DNA of 61,800 bases, the filler included, from Squatina squatina (Eukaryota), in the NCBI GenBank assembly GCA_031763465.1. It is 4 parts of 4 records of this genome, joined end to end, with 100 filler letters (N's around TTAATTAATTAA, not from the genome) between each part and the next. Parts side by side here need not be neighbours in the genome. Positions count along the whole stretch, not along the records: positions 18,677 to 36,261 come from JARFOE010000232.1; positions 36,362 to 49,471 come from JARFOE010000168.1; 2 more parts are not named here. One strand, given 5' to 3'. Made by a program: the position numbers and the translations under genes. Of this stretch, positions 36,030-48,270 are shown one piece after another (position 1 is the stretch's first letter; each line of letters opens with the position of its first letter). Under the pieces are notes generated by a model that saw nothing but the letters and a program-made list of their open reading frames with translations, was not told the origin of the DNA and searched no databases.

Positions 36030-36261
36030 AAGTTTGCAAATGATACAAAAATTGGCTGTGTGGTTGATAGTGAGGAAGAAAGCTGTAGGCTACGGGAAGA
36101 TATCAATTAACTGGTCAGGTGGGCAGAAAAGTGGCAAATGGAATTCAATCCGGAGAAGTATGAGGTAATGCATTTGGGGAGGTCTAACGAGGCAAGGGAA
36201 TACACAATAAATGGTAGAGCGCTGAAGTGTAGTGGAACGGAGGGACCTTTGGAGTGCATGT
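36030..36261 (+). mobile_element. CR1 RT fragment
   Basis: FANDTK..(W)AEKWQMEFNPEK.EVMHLGRSN..Y.ING. Confidence 0.8.
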
Positions 36262-36361
36262 NNNNNNNNNNNNNNNNNNNNNNNNNNNNNNNNNNNNNNN
36301 NNNNNTTAATTAATTAANNNNNNNNNNNNNNNNNNNNNNNNNNNNNNNNNNNNNNNNNNNN
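36262..36361. other. Artificial scaffold linker
   Basis: TTAATTAATTAA at 36306-36317 between two runs of 44 N. Confidence 0.95.
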
Positions 36362-37024
36362 ATGCAGGTGCATACAAAGCAGATGTGTGTATTTGGTATA
36401 ATATGATCGAAAAGATACGTGTGCACATAAACACAAGATGGGAGCTTGGATTTAAAATTAGTTTTGTGGAAGAGTTGGGAGATATGGAGTTTTAATTCCA
36501 TTTGTTGTCAACATGTAGTTGCAAACTCAGAGCAGGAATAAACTTGGAACAAACTCAGATTTGCAGCAGCTATAATTGGGTGTCAGGAGACTGCCTAACT
36601 GACACAACGCAGCATGATCACAGGGCAGATTCCCGAGGGGGAAAACTGCTCCTGACGGGGAAAAAAAGAACGCTTCTCTTTCTCTAATTAAAGAAGTTGC
36701 ATTCTCAGAAACGATACATTTCCAAGTGCACGCTCCTGCAATTTCACTAATTACAGTGAAAAACAAGATTTAAAAAAAAAGGAATTTCATGCTGTCCCCC
36801 TCCCTGCTTTTAAGTTTACAGAGAACACATTATTGTAATATGAAACAATTAGCAAGGGGGTAGGGGCTTGAATAAAAGTATAAAGATGTAGAATCACTAA
36901 TTATAGGTTTAAAATGTATAGGTTTGAAATGAAGAGCTGCATATTATGTAAACCATGACCAATTGACAGTTCTCTTAATTTATGAAATAGGAGTAACTAT
37001 ACACGACAAACTGATATTTCTTAC

Positions 37025-37110
37025 CGTGCAGTTAAAGCATGAGATTTTTCAGGAGGCTCCCAACCAAGGAAAGGTACACTCTGCAGCTTAATGTGAATAT
37101 CATACAGTCC
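37025..37110 (-). CDS. CLCN7: H+/Cl- exchanger CLC-7 (or CLC-7-like) exon (GLYDIHIKLQSVPFLGWEPPEKSHALTAR)
   Basis: Translated by hand. ttttAG acceptor, GTaaga donor, 86 nt. Helix R with the chloride-binding Tyr (LYDxHI), leading into CBS1. Confidence 0.85.
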
Positions 37111-37814
37111 CTAAAACCAAAAACAATTTAACTGTTAAAGTTCAAGTCTTTTTCACACCCATGTTCTACTTTATATTGATACAGTTGAAATGTAGATTAG
37201 TCAACGAGTTATTGAAATATTGCACCACTCCCCAATTTGCCATGGATTCCTGACACGTCCTTCCAAAGCTAATCTCTTTCAGCCCTTGCCCCCAAGGCCA
37301 GTGGAGACTAAAAAAAATGTAAATTTTGTTCCGTTTATTTGTAATTTAATTGTTTTTACCTACTTCAATGCATCTTCAGCGAAAAGCTTGGTACCAGGGA
37401 ATGAAAGTACAAAAATATATCATCCATTTTATTTGACAGAATTAACAGCAAATCCAAAGTCAATAGATCCCACCAATGAACCAACAGCTAAGCTTCCATA
37501 AATAGTGCTAGTTTGCAAGGAGGTAGAAGCTGCTGACTACATTTCACGGCCAAACAAAAAAGCCACAAGCAGCGACAGCGTAGGATTTAGTAGTTAGGAA
37601 AAATTTAATGAAAATGGTCATGGTGCATTAGTTGGGATATTGAAGCATGCTTGTATGTTTGTAAGACTTTAGGGACTTGCCTTGCACAAATGTCCTGTTC
37701 ATAGATCAATTGTAGGATTAACACAAAATTGGTGAACTAGAGAGAGTCTGGTCGCGTTGCAACCAGCGTTATTCTGGATATAATGGGAATCCTTTTGCTT
37801 TACAAAATTCTAAC

Positions 37815-37932
37815 ACATGTTTCCTACATTACAAGAGTGACTACACTTCAAAAGTACTTCAGTGGCTGTAAAACACTTTGGGACGTTCTGGAGTCATGAA
37901 AGGTGCTATATAAATGCAAGTCTGTCTTTCTT
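37815..37932 (+). mobile_element. SacSINE1-like 3' tail
   Basis: TTTCCTACATTACAA..GGCTGTAAA..TTTGGGACG..GAAAGGTGCTATATAAATGCAAGTCT. Confidence 0.8.
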
Positions 37933-39390
37933 TTATGTGTTCACTTGAAATAGTTGAACAAGAGGCTCCATGAAGAAATCTTATAAATAATACAAGTCAC
38001 ATAATGGGGATTATAATGATTTTAAGGTCCTACCGTAGATATTTTTTCAGGGTGGTCACACCCACAAGTGGTCTGAGTGTCTTACGTTTATGGGTGTACT
38101 GCGCAATATCCAACTATATGCGAGCTTAGTTAAGGGTTGCAACAAAATTACCCCCTTGTGATCCAAACCAGATAATCATATCTTTTGCACATCTACTTAA
38201 ATCTTTTTTGAAGCAAACCAAGAAAACATTTGGTAAGACAAAGCCAGATACAAGTCGTTAAGCTGTTTTGTTNNNNNNNNNNNNNNNNNNNNNNNNNNNN
38301 NNNNNNNNNNNNNNNNNNNNNNNNNNNNNNNNNNNNNNNNNNNNNNNNNNNNNNNNNNNNNNNNNNNNNNNNCAGATGCTGCCTGACCTGCTGAGTTTTT
38401 CCAGCATTTTTTTGTTTGTATACCATTCCAGTAAATCTCTAAGGGTGCAGAAACATTTGAAAGTAATTTTTACTTTTCCAAATCCTTTCTGTAGAAAAAT
38501 GTTCAAAATCCCCAAAAATTGACAGACATTACATATATATATTGTTTACCTATTGTATATCTCTAAGCACAGAATGCAACAGTAATTTATCTAACCGGTA
38601 TTATTATTTCTATTAAAATAGAAATCAATATTAAATAGTTAGCTAGACTTAAGGATAAAAGGGACAGCCAACAGTGACACAATTGAAGATTATGCCTTCT
38701 CAAAGCAGTGGGGATAAAAATGACCCATTATCCTGGCTTTAACAGCCAGATAGTTCAAATTTGTTAGTTAACATAATTCTGCTCATTTAAAGCAACATAG
38801 CTACTTGAAAAAAGTGTAATTAACAAATTTTCGAGTATCGGAGTGAAGCAAAAAAAGTTACAAGTTAAAATAGCAAGTGTTCTGTTATGCTTGCACATGA
38901 ATGAAGATAAAATTCACTCACATGCTAAGCAATGCAGCCTATGTTAGTAGACGTATTGCTGACAAACTGTACAGAAGGCTGAGCTAAGCAGCTGCGATTC
39001 ATCAAGTACTTAAGGACTAAACTGAATCCCCTTAACAGAGATTGATGTTCTCAACACAGATGCCAATTTGAGATATGTATTGCATTTCCAAATGTGATCT
39101 AGATTTACATGCACTTGTTAATATTGGGATAAGTATTTAATCCATATTAATCCATGAATGAAATTTAACACTTGACAGATTGAGCCAGTAAGAGAACGAC
39201 TGCTCTCTCAGATTAAGCTGCAAGACAGAAACTCTATTTTTCATCAGTCTGTGTTTACAGTTTAAAAATAAACTTGTATTTGCAGAGCCANNNNNNNNNN
39301 NNNNNNNNNNNNNNNNNNNNNNNNNNNNNNNNNNNNNNNNNNNNNNNNNNNNNNNNNNNNNNNNNNNNNNNNNNNNNNNNNNNNNNNNNN

Positions 39391-39462
39391 CTGGCTTTTA
39401 TGATGTCTCCCCGGGTGCGTGGGAACATCATTCCCACCCGGGGAGATTGCAATTTCAGGGCC
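39391..39462. mobile_element. MITE terminus with internal hairpin
   Basis: TCTCCCCGGGTG...CACCCGGGGAGA stem followed by a GCAATTTCAGGGCC end. Confidence 0.4.
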
Positions 39463-39579
39463 ATTGTGTCCCAGGAATCCAGCTCAGTGGAGAAATTGAT
39501 TGTTTTCAGAAATGTGTTAATAGACAACCTCCATTATATACCACTCGGGATTGGTTTCAAGATGCTCCCTTCCAAAAAT

Positions 39580-40140
39580 ATAGGAACAGAAGTAGGCCGT
39601 TCAGCCCCTGTCCTGCTATTCAGTTAGAATGAATCTGATCTGATCCCCAGCTCCATTTATTATATGAAAAAGTGCTTCCTGATTTCACTCCTAAATGGCC
39701 TAGCTTTAATTCTAAGAAGATTGCCCATGTTCTGGATTCCCCCAACAGAGGAATTTGTTTCTCTGTACCTGCCCTATTGAATTTCTCCATCATTTTAAAC
39801 ACCTCAATTTCTTCACCCCTCAAACCTCTAAACTCAAGGGAACCAAAACCAAAATTTCAATTGACCCCCAGCATCCACAGCCTTTGGGGGAAGTTAGGTC
39901 CAAATTCCCACTACCCTTTGTGTGAAAAGATGCTTCCTGATTTCATCCTGAATGACCTAGCTCTAATTTTAAACATTATATCCTCTTTTGCATTTCTCAC
40001 ACCAGAGGAAATAATTTACTCTGCATCTACCCTAACAGATTCACTTATCATTTTAAACAGCTCAATTAGATCACCCCTCAACCATTTAATCTCAAGGGAA
40101 TACAAACTAAGTTTATGTAACCTGTCCTCATAATTTAATC
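39580..40140 (-). mobile_element. Two degenerate CR1 3' fragments plus tail
   Basis: Two similar blocks (TGCTTCCTGATTTCA..ATCATTTTAAACA..TCACCCCTCAA..CTCAAGGGAA), antisense to CR1 ORF2. Confidence 0.7.
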
Positions 40141-40502
40141 CTTATCACTCTGAAGCCCCAGTTTTCAATCATGAATTTAAATGCTAACTTTATGCAATCT
40201 ACATGTGAAATGAGTCAAACGTTTTCTTTAAATGCTTTAAACTAAATTAACCATTTCACAATGTTCACATTTCACAATATTAAAAAAACTTCAGTGTGCA
40301 CATTTCGCAACAACATGGAAATGAAACTGCCAAATCTTAATTCTTTATAACTTTGTCTGAAACATCAATTTGTACTGTCAAACACAAACTTAGTGTGGTG
40401 CTTCATACAAATGCTTTTCAACATAAAGTTTCGGAAAACATCTGCCAAACCTGAACGTTAAGAAGCTCCAACACGGTTCGTTTTGTTAAAAGTTCTGCCT
40501 AC

Positions 40503-40583
40503 CTTAAGTCGAACCACATGTGAAACCTTTACTCCATTAAGATAACATTTGATCTGGGGAATTCCACTGCCAGCTGCTGCAGG
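40503..40583 (-). CDS. CLCN7: CLCN7(-like) exon with the GSGIP selectivity motif ([27 protein letters not shown])
   Basis: Translated by hand. tttAG acceptor, GTaggc donor, 81 nt; CLC signature GSGIP. Confidence 0.9.
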
Positions 40584-40829
40584 CTAAAGCAAAACATTAA
40601 ATAAAAGGAGTCACACAAAGATGGCCCAAAACTGCCCTTCAAGATTATTGTGTCAAATTTTAACGTCTGACTTTGTCCAGTCACTTAACATATTTTTGCT
40701 GCATACAACATATTCGACAACCACAAGCACATCAATCATTGAGATAAACAGAAGTTACTTCTGATATTAAGGGACATGGCACTGTGAGAAATAATGCAGG
40801 TGATGGCATGAGGATAAAGACAGAACAGT

Positions 40830-41230
40830 GAAGTGAGCAGATGCAATTAAATGTAGAAAGAGTATATTTCTGGAAGACGAACATTGATGGGAAGTATACC
40901 TTAAATGGCAAGATTCTAAACAGAGTGGAGGAACAGAGAAATCCAGGGGAGCAGAAATACAGAACTTTAAAAGATGGGAACATGTATAGAGAAATATTTA
41001 AAAGAAGCAAAAGGAATTCTGGTTTTATGTATTGAATATAACAGCAAGAANNNNNNNNNNAAAGATGCATTAAAATTATAACCAGGAATGAGAGTGTATG
41101 TGAAAAGGCTCAAAACTAGAGCTGGTTTTCACTGGAACAGAGAAGGCCATAGGAGGAATCCAAGTTGTACAAAATTATGAAAGTATTAAGACAGTAAATA
41201 ATGAAAGATTATTTCTACTGGGGTGCAAAT
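40830..41230 (+). mobile_element. Degenerate CR1 ORF2 fragment
   Basis: MQLNVE..YTLNGKIL.RVEEQR.PG resembles CR1 RT C-terminal motifs. Confidence 0.6.
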
Positions 41231-41238
41231 TAGTAGAG

Positions 41239-41480
41239 TTGTTCAATGCGAGAACAAGTTCAGCCAGGCGGAGGAGGGTGGTGGTGGATGGGGACTCGTC
41301 GGGCCTCTGTTCAAGGAAGAAGCAGAGGGCCTTTTTGGATGTTCTGGTGAGGGATGGAGGTGTAACGGGTTTAGACGTCCACAGTGAAAAGCAGATGGTT
41401 AGGGCCAGGAAACTGGAAACTATTAAAAGTTGCAGAGGGCGTCAGAAGAATCACAGGTGTAGGTGGGAAGAGACTGGACT
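41239..41480 (-). mobile_element. Penelope-like element RT fragment
   Basis: Minus strand reads FT.DV..YTSIPHQ..KAL.FFLEQRP..SPSTTTLLRLAELVL.LNN with a stop and a frameshift, typical of PLE RT. Confidence 0.75.
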
Positions 41481-41519
41481 AGAGATAAAACAAAGTTGAT
41501 ATAACTGAAATCTCATGAC

Positions 41520-41629
41520 CTCTATAAATGCCACCAGAAAAGATCCAATCATCACAAAACCAGCATTCAGTGCTGCCCAAAGCACAAGCGAAATGGATAA
41601 TCCACCTCCTTCCGTAGATTTATCAATAT
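41520..41629 (-). CDS. CLCN7: CLCN7(-like) exon ([36 protein letters not shown])
   Basis: 110 nt, phase 1/0, GTcatg donor; splices in frame to the GSGIP exon. Matches CLC-7 IDKFTEKGGLSFSLLLW..LN..FV..GS.IVAFIE. Confidence 0.88.
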
Positions 41630-43953
41630 CTACATTTTCTTTTAAGGAAAACCAACAAGAACCTGTGTAGAATATTTGAAGACAGAGATTATACAAACAG
41701 AAGANNNNNNNNNNNNNNNNNNNNNNNNNNNNNNNNNNNNNNNNNNNNNNNNNNNNNNNNNNNNNNNNNNNNNNNNNNNNNNNNNNNNNNNNNNNNNNNN
41801 NNNNCAGATTGCATTCAGAACATTCAGCAACAAAAGATACCAAATAATGGTAGTCTTTCTATTCAGTGCCTTTTATAACATGGAACACCAAAATCCAAAG
41901 CATCATATTTCACAAGCATCTTCATGCTGTCTTGTGCTGGAATTATATAAATGATAGAATTCTTGGTTCACTGATCTCTCTCATTGAAATAGTTCAGTTG
42001 AAAGTCTAGATTTAACAAAGATTTAACAAAGATGCAATCACAGATGCATAAAAAAACTGCAGGTGAGATGTACAAACTCTGACCAATTTACATTTCAAGC
42101 CTTTGACGCTGAGCAGTACATTTAAGTCTCTTTCGGAAACTCATCGGTGGCATTAAGTTTCTCTGTTCCTTGAATTTTAAAAACAAAGGCCGAGCACAAG
42201 CTCTTTATTCCCATTAATTACTGCTCCTTGATGTATCTATGGTGTATTGAAAATTAGCAATTTTTCATTAACAATCTATGTTACTGTGTTTTTAATCACA
42301 TTTTGAATAAAGTAGTGTTTTAAACAATCGATAGACCAGTTTTTCTACAAAATATCAGTTTCATTGGAATGTGTGAGAGTGAACAGGACTGTGCAATATG
42401 ACTATCTCCTTACCATTGCTGTACACTGATTTTATTTTGTGTCCTTACTGACAAAATGCCAGGTGAAATTGTCATTAAACATTCTTGTACACTTGCTGAT
42501 ATTCTTTTCCCTGGCCTCACTTAATTTCATCATGTGGCACCATGCTCACTCTCTCCCTCTGGCAACAGTCAGTGTGTGTGTGTGTGCGTGCGTGCGTGTA
42601 TATAACATCTCTGCTGCAAGAAGAGGTTTTCTTTTCAGAAGGTGTATTTTTGGGGCAGAATAGAGAGAGCTTTACTCTGCAGCTGTGCCACATTGTACCA
42701 GATCTGAGAGTGTTTTGTTCTAATGAAGAATGTTACATTTCCACAACTCACATCCTTTGCCATGATCACAAGCTATTATCCAAAAAATAAAAATTGCACA
42801 GATTCCATGCTGGAGAAAAGTGCTGGTGATTGATCAGTTTCTTGCCTTCTTGTAAACAAACTGTTACTAAGGCAATATTTCATAATGAGACATTGTAATG
42901 GCCTTATCCAATGAGTCCCTTCAGAAACTTGCATGCTCTGATAACAGCACTCTCAATTGAAGATGCTATTTCTGCTGTTTCCATTGTTTAGGGAGACTTT
43001 GCTGAAACACACTTTATTCGAGGTCAGCGGCAATTGCCGTCACTTTGCCGCTGACTGCAAATCCCAGGCCNNNNNNNNNNNATGACAACTTTAAAAGTTA
43101 ATTCGAAATATGATATTTAGGAGCCCCCAGGTAGCGATTACTTGCATAATGATTCATATATTGAACATCTTGCAATCTAGCTCGATGGGATTTCCTGTAT
43201 AATTGTAGGTATCTTAATCCATCATGCAGTCTAGTTATTAAACTTGTATGATCTAGATGTGTGCTGGCCTATAGAGCAAAAAGTAATCAAACAATGGGAG
43301 GAAAATGGGGAATATTTATCAGAAATATATATTTACATAGCATATTTCACATCAAAACATTTCAAAGCACTTTATGTAATTAATTACTTCTTCATTGCTA
43401 TCTAGGCAAACAAGGATTACTTAGCGACCAAAACAAGGATTATTTATCAAGCATTTCTGATTTGTATTCTATATGTTAAAGGCCTGCTAGTGGAGAAGAT
43501 CTAGTGCTGATTTAAAAGACTCTGGGGCATTCGGTCTACATATAGAAAGCCTGACAGGGCACCAGATACAATTTTTTTTGAAGAAATATGATTTAATAGA
43601 TAAAGCCTGATGTGAACAAAGCATCCTGCTGTTAAGTAGGACCAAACAGCTGTTGTAGAGGAACCTTTTTTGTATTAATTTGATCGAACTGCACTTAAAA
43701 GTAAAATGAGAAATTGCAAAAATGATCTTAACTACAATTTTCATTTCAAATTTTGTAGACTTGAAGTTGTGTGTTTAAGATGTAAAGGAGGAAAACAGTT
43801 TCAAAAGCTCAACAGAAATTCTTGATCGTGACCCTCTTTCTGTAGAACGAAATGTTAACTATTGAGTAAATAAAATGTCATGTTTTGGCACATGATTGTT
43901 CAGAACTTACAAAGTGGAGCTGGAAATGAATTCTTCTGTGCTTGCAGGACAGA

Positions 43954-44145
43954 ATGACTGATATTCGCCATTCCCTTTTGAGGCGGGATGCTTTAAGTGC
44001 GGCAAAAGAACTCTTGTATCATTTGGACATCTTTTTTAGCAGCCAGCTGCAGAATGTACCTGGCTCGCTGGTTGACAAGTCCACTATTGAGCTAGTGGAG
44101 GAATTTATCTTTCAGCTTCCAAAAGAACGGAATACTCAACCAAAA
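43954..44145 (+). CDS. INTS15: Integrator complex subunit 15 (C7orf26), first coding exon
   Basis: MTDIRHSLLRRDALSAAKELLYHLDIFFSSQLQ...EEFIFQLPKERNTQPK, then GTaagt; 192 nt. Confidence 0.92.
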
Positions 44146-44523
44146 GTAAGTTAAAGATGCAGACTGTACAAGGTATTTTCTTTGAAGAAAAACATAGATT
44201 TCTGGTTCTATGTTGTGTGTGATTTAGCTTAGTAATAAAAGCAAACTTTCTCAATCTGCTTATTAGTGGTATTTTCTAAAGCTAATACCCTGAATTTTTA
44301 GCTTGACACTATGATCACATCATTTATTTGATTGGACGCCTACAGGAAACTGTACCTGTTAATTTAGTGTAGTAACAAAACCTTTTGCTCATGGCTATCC
44401 AAAACTGTTTGTAAACATATAGAAAATGTGCAACTTCGAAGGGAATATTTTCTTAAGACATGTATTTAGTCTAAGACTTTAAAAAAAAAAAAAAAATCTG
44501 CATATCGTGAAAATCTTACACAA

Positions 44524-44680
44524 AAACAGGAAATGCAGGAAACACGTAGGTGTGTCAGTAACTATGGAGAGAACCGACAGATAAATGTTTCAGGCTGTTC
44601 TGAAATGGGGCCCAGGTCAAAACATTCATCTGTCTGTCCTTTCCACAGATGCTGATAGACTTATGTTTCCCACAATATCT
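44524..44680. mobile_element. Degenerate palindromic Penelope-derived short repeat
   Basis: Arms GAAATGCAGGAAACAC..TGGAGAGA..ATGTTTCAGG and CAAAACATT..TTTCCACAGATGCTG..GAC. Related arm at 38373-38415. Confidence 0.45.
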
Positions 44681-44758
44681 CTTCTTCTAAAACTTATTTT
44701 CATTGTGTTAACTTCTGAGATGTATTCTCTACTAACTGATTGCTTTCTTTATTGCAAG

Positions 44759-44980
44759 AGGTTGAGCTCGTTACAGGAACTACAGCTGCTGGAGATCATG
44801 TGTAGTTATTTCCAAGAACAAAGTAAAGATGCAGTTCGACAGATCATCTTCTCTGCACTGTTTGGTCCTCAGGGTAATAAAGCAGATGAAAACAGGCTGG
44901 CTATGTTGGGGAAACTTGTATCCATGGCCATAGCAATCTGTCGAGTTCCCATTTTGGAATGTACTGCATTATGGTTGCAG
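44759..44980 (+). CDS. INTS15: INTS15 exon (RLSSLQELQLLEIMCSYFQEQSKDAVRQIIFSALF...ALWLQ)
   Basis: aAG acceptor, GTatgt donor, 222 nt, in frame. Confidence 0.92.
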
Positions 44981-45470
44981 GTATGTTCTATAGTTGGGAT
45001 GTGAACTTAAAAGACATTGCAGATGTTGCAAAGTAAAATGTTATTCAATGACAATGAATGGAAGTAATATAGATGATTTTAATATTTTGTTGTCTTTGTA
45101 CCACCTACTTTTTAGTATCTTGTTTATGGGGGAAAAGAGACTGCTAGTTTTGTATTGGGGTTTGTTGACTGCGCAAAGAAAACTCTGGTTTCAAGTTTAT
45201 AAAATGAGTCTTGTATCTATGTACATAATTCTTGTCTGGCTCTTGTTAAATCAATGGCCAAAAAATACCTGATGATTCATTGGCTACTGTTTTACATGTA
45301 TTTTCAATTTTTAAATAAATACATTTAAATTAATTGTTACATTTATCATTATCAATATTTATTTATGTCTAATCTTAAATTATGTTTAAAAAAAATTTAA
45401 ATTAACTCTCAATCTATTTTACTCTTTTACTGATATGTTATAATATTTGTCTTTGTGGATGGTTTTGCAG

Positions 45471-45636
45471 AGAACACATGCAGTATTCTGTGTGAGACTT
45501 GCTAAGGTCCTTGTTGAGGATTACTGCATTTTGGTTCCAGGATCAGTGCAGACCTTAAAACGAATTGTTCATGCCAGCCCTCGATTCTGCTGTCAGTTGA
45601 TCACTGCTGTTACTGCATTGTATGACCTTTCAACAG
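45471..45636 (+). CDS. INTS15: INTS15 exon (RTHAVFCVRLAKVLVEDYC...ASPRFCCQLITAVTALYDLST)
   Basis: ttgcAG acceptor, GTagga donor, 166 nt. Confidence 0.92.
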
Positions 45637-46121
45637 GTAGGATATTGGACAGCAATTTTTTTAATAAGGCATATAGTTTGTTTACTGTGTGCCTGTATAG
45701 TAGTTTTTATTTTTCAAAATTTTAAAATNNNNNNNNNNNNNNNNNNNNNNNNNNNNNNNNNNNNNNNNNNNNNNNNNNNNNNNNNNNNNNNNNNNNNNNN
45801 NNNNNNNNNNNNNNNNNNNNNNNNNNNNNNNNNNNNNNNNNNNNNNNNNNNNNNNNNNNNNNNNNNNNNNNNNNNNNNNNNNNNNNNNNNNNNNNNNNNN
45901 NNNNNNNNNNNNNNNNNNNNNNNNNNNNNNNNNNNNNNNNNNNNNNNNNNNNNNNNNNNNNNNNNNNNNNNNNNNNNNNNNNNNNNNNNNNNNNNNNNNN
46001 NNNNNNNNNNNNNNNNNNNNNNNNNNNNNNNNNNNNNNNNNNNNNNNNNNNNNNNNNNNNNNNNNNNNNNNNNNNNNNNNNNNNNNNNNNNNNNNNNNNN
46101 NNNNNNNNNNNNNNNNNNNNN

Positions 46122-46590
46122 CGGTTGACACTGATTACTTTTTTGAACAGCCCAGCTAACCTTCCCCGTGGCTTTTTGGAGCTCACACCACTTCCAGGCC
46201 TGATACGCTGGTGTGTGCTCGCACCTCTTGCCTACAAAAGGAACCGGAAAACTTCTTCAGCCCAATCTTTAACGAATGGCCACAGCAATAAAATGTGCAA
46301 GGAGGTTGAAAATGACATAAACAAGGATTTCAAAATCCTTTATTCAAAGTTGCATTTAAGTGTTCTTCAGGTCCTTATGATACTTCAAGGCCATTTAACA
46401 GAAAAGAACTTGTATGGACGTTTGGAGCTCATCATGTTTGATCATGTAGATCGGCTTGTTGGAGACATTAACAAATTAGTTAAAGAACTCAATCTTTCAA
46501 ATCCTGTGAAGGAGATTGAGCTCACATTGGATAGGTTAGCTCAAGCTCTGCAAGTCGGTATTGCATCAGGAGCACTACTGTGTACTAGAG
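46122..46590 (+). CDS. INTS15: INTS15 large exon, 5' part in gap (...LDRLAQALQVGIASGALLCTR)
   Basis: Open frame matching the C7orf26 LHLSVLQVL and LDRLAQALQV motifs; G|GTaggt donor. Confidence 0.92.
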
Positions 46591-47413
46591 GTAGGTTGTG
46601 TGTGGACCATTCATTGTTATCTATCCTGAGACAATTGAACTGGAGAATCTTATGTCCAGTAATTCTGTTAATTAAAATTCTTGCAACAAGTTGAATTCCA
46701 TTCATTTACATTCCTTAATGTGACTNNNNNNNNNNNNNNNNNNNNNNNNNNNNNNNNNNNNNNNNNNNNNNNNNNNNNNNNNNNNNNNNNNNNNNNNNNN
46801 NNNNNNNNNNNNNNNNNNNNNNNNNCTTTGCTTATTTAAAACAAGAAACAAAATCTTGAGCTATCCCGTATAACTTTTTTTCCGGAATCCTGCAGATTTT
46901 TTAAACCATGAACAAAGACCATTTGGTAGGTTACATGTTGTGGCCATAATTTCCCTTCATGGTGAGTTCTAAGTCTTTATTGAGTAAGCATAGGCTAAAT
47001 CCTTCCCCACGGGACGGGCAGGAATATTGAAAGACTGGTCACCCACTTCAAATGGTTAGCTTAAGAGTTGCTTTGGCAGAAGTCTGGAAGCATATTTTTG
47101 TTCACCACCTCCACCATGAAGTGAAATAGAGTAACTAAAAACCGGAGATGAAAAATGTCTAAACATCAATATATTACTTGGGTTATAAGTGTTCTACTAA
47201 TTGCTGTATTGAACAGAAGTTATGAATGGAGTTGTCGCTAAACAAGCAACAGACTATTCACTAGGCCTTCCCCTATAAAATTCCAATACCCCTTAAGTTA
47301 TATTAGATCTTACACGAGGGCAGATTCAGGAATTTGGTATGTGTGTTTTATCTTTTATAACAATTTAAGTTGTCTAGACTTTGGTTGAGTTTGCTTATTT
47401 TGCACCGTAAAAA

Positions 47414-47484
47414 CATAGGTTATGGCTCATTAAATACTATTTAATTTTCAAGCCATAGGCTATGGCTCATTAAATACTATCAAT
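47414..47484. repeat. 40-bp tandem duplication
   Basis: CATAGG(T/C)TATGGCTCATTAAATACTAT at 47414 and 47454. Confidence 0.85.
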
Positions 47485-48230
47485 TTGCTAAAGTGTTCAA
47501 AAGGAACAAACTTGTTTCTAGTGGAACAAGATTTTAAGTCTGACAAAGCTCAACATTGTTTAGCATTTGGAATACTGGATTTCGATTTCTCCATTTAAAG
47601 CTGAACCCTCCTGCCCTGTGGAATTTTGAATGGGATAATGTTATGGAGTACCTACTTTACTGTCAGAATACTTGATATGAAAGAGGTGAAGATGCAGAAG
47701 AGAAAAATAAAATTGAGCAAAAAACAACTTAATTGATGATGCACACAAACTTTATTTAAAAAAGGATTGAGCCAAATTTTGTGGCGTGTAATGTTATACC
47801 ACTTCAGAATACAACCAGTATTCTGTCTGATTAAAATTAAATGGAAATAAGTGGTAAGGCGTGAAAAATCCTCATAATTTATATGCTGAGTTCTTCAATA
47901 TAGAGGCATTTGATTACTGTTGAACTGGGACAGCCCTTTGCTGAAGTAATATTTTGAGCATATTTTCAATTCAAATCACGTAGAAATTAGTTCAGTTTTT
48001 TTTTTCATTATTGATTTCTGTGAGTTATACATTAGCTTAATAAATAAAAATATAAGCTAATAAACCTCTACCTTTGTAAGGCTTCATTTGCTTTCAAAAG
48101 GTAAATCCGGAAAATAAACAACTTTGATATCTGTTTATAAAAATAACTTAAATCACTAATTGCAAAAATATTTCGATTTAATTACCATGTTTTATATTAA
48201 TTTGTATCCACCACCTGTTTAATTTTCCAG

Positions 48231-48270
48231 ATGATTTACGATCTATCTGCTCTGCGCTTCCACACAACAA
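48231..48270 (+). CDS. INTS15: INTS15 40-nt exon (DDLRSICSALPHNN)
   Basis: ttttccAG acceptor, GTaagt donor; phase fits the preceding exon; resembles human DDLRTLCSRLPHNN. Confidence 0.88.

Noticed and set aside
39540-39575. Possible CLCN7 EEGASFWNQ exon on the minus strand
   Set aside because: Only a short resemblance (GGA GCA TCT TGA AAC CAA) with a stop and no splice context; likely chance.
41805-41870. AFRT..KR peptide similar to a CLCN7 exon
   Set aside because: On the wrong strand relative to the other CLCN7 exons, and the similarity is brief.
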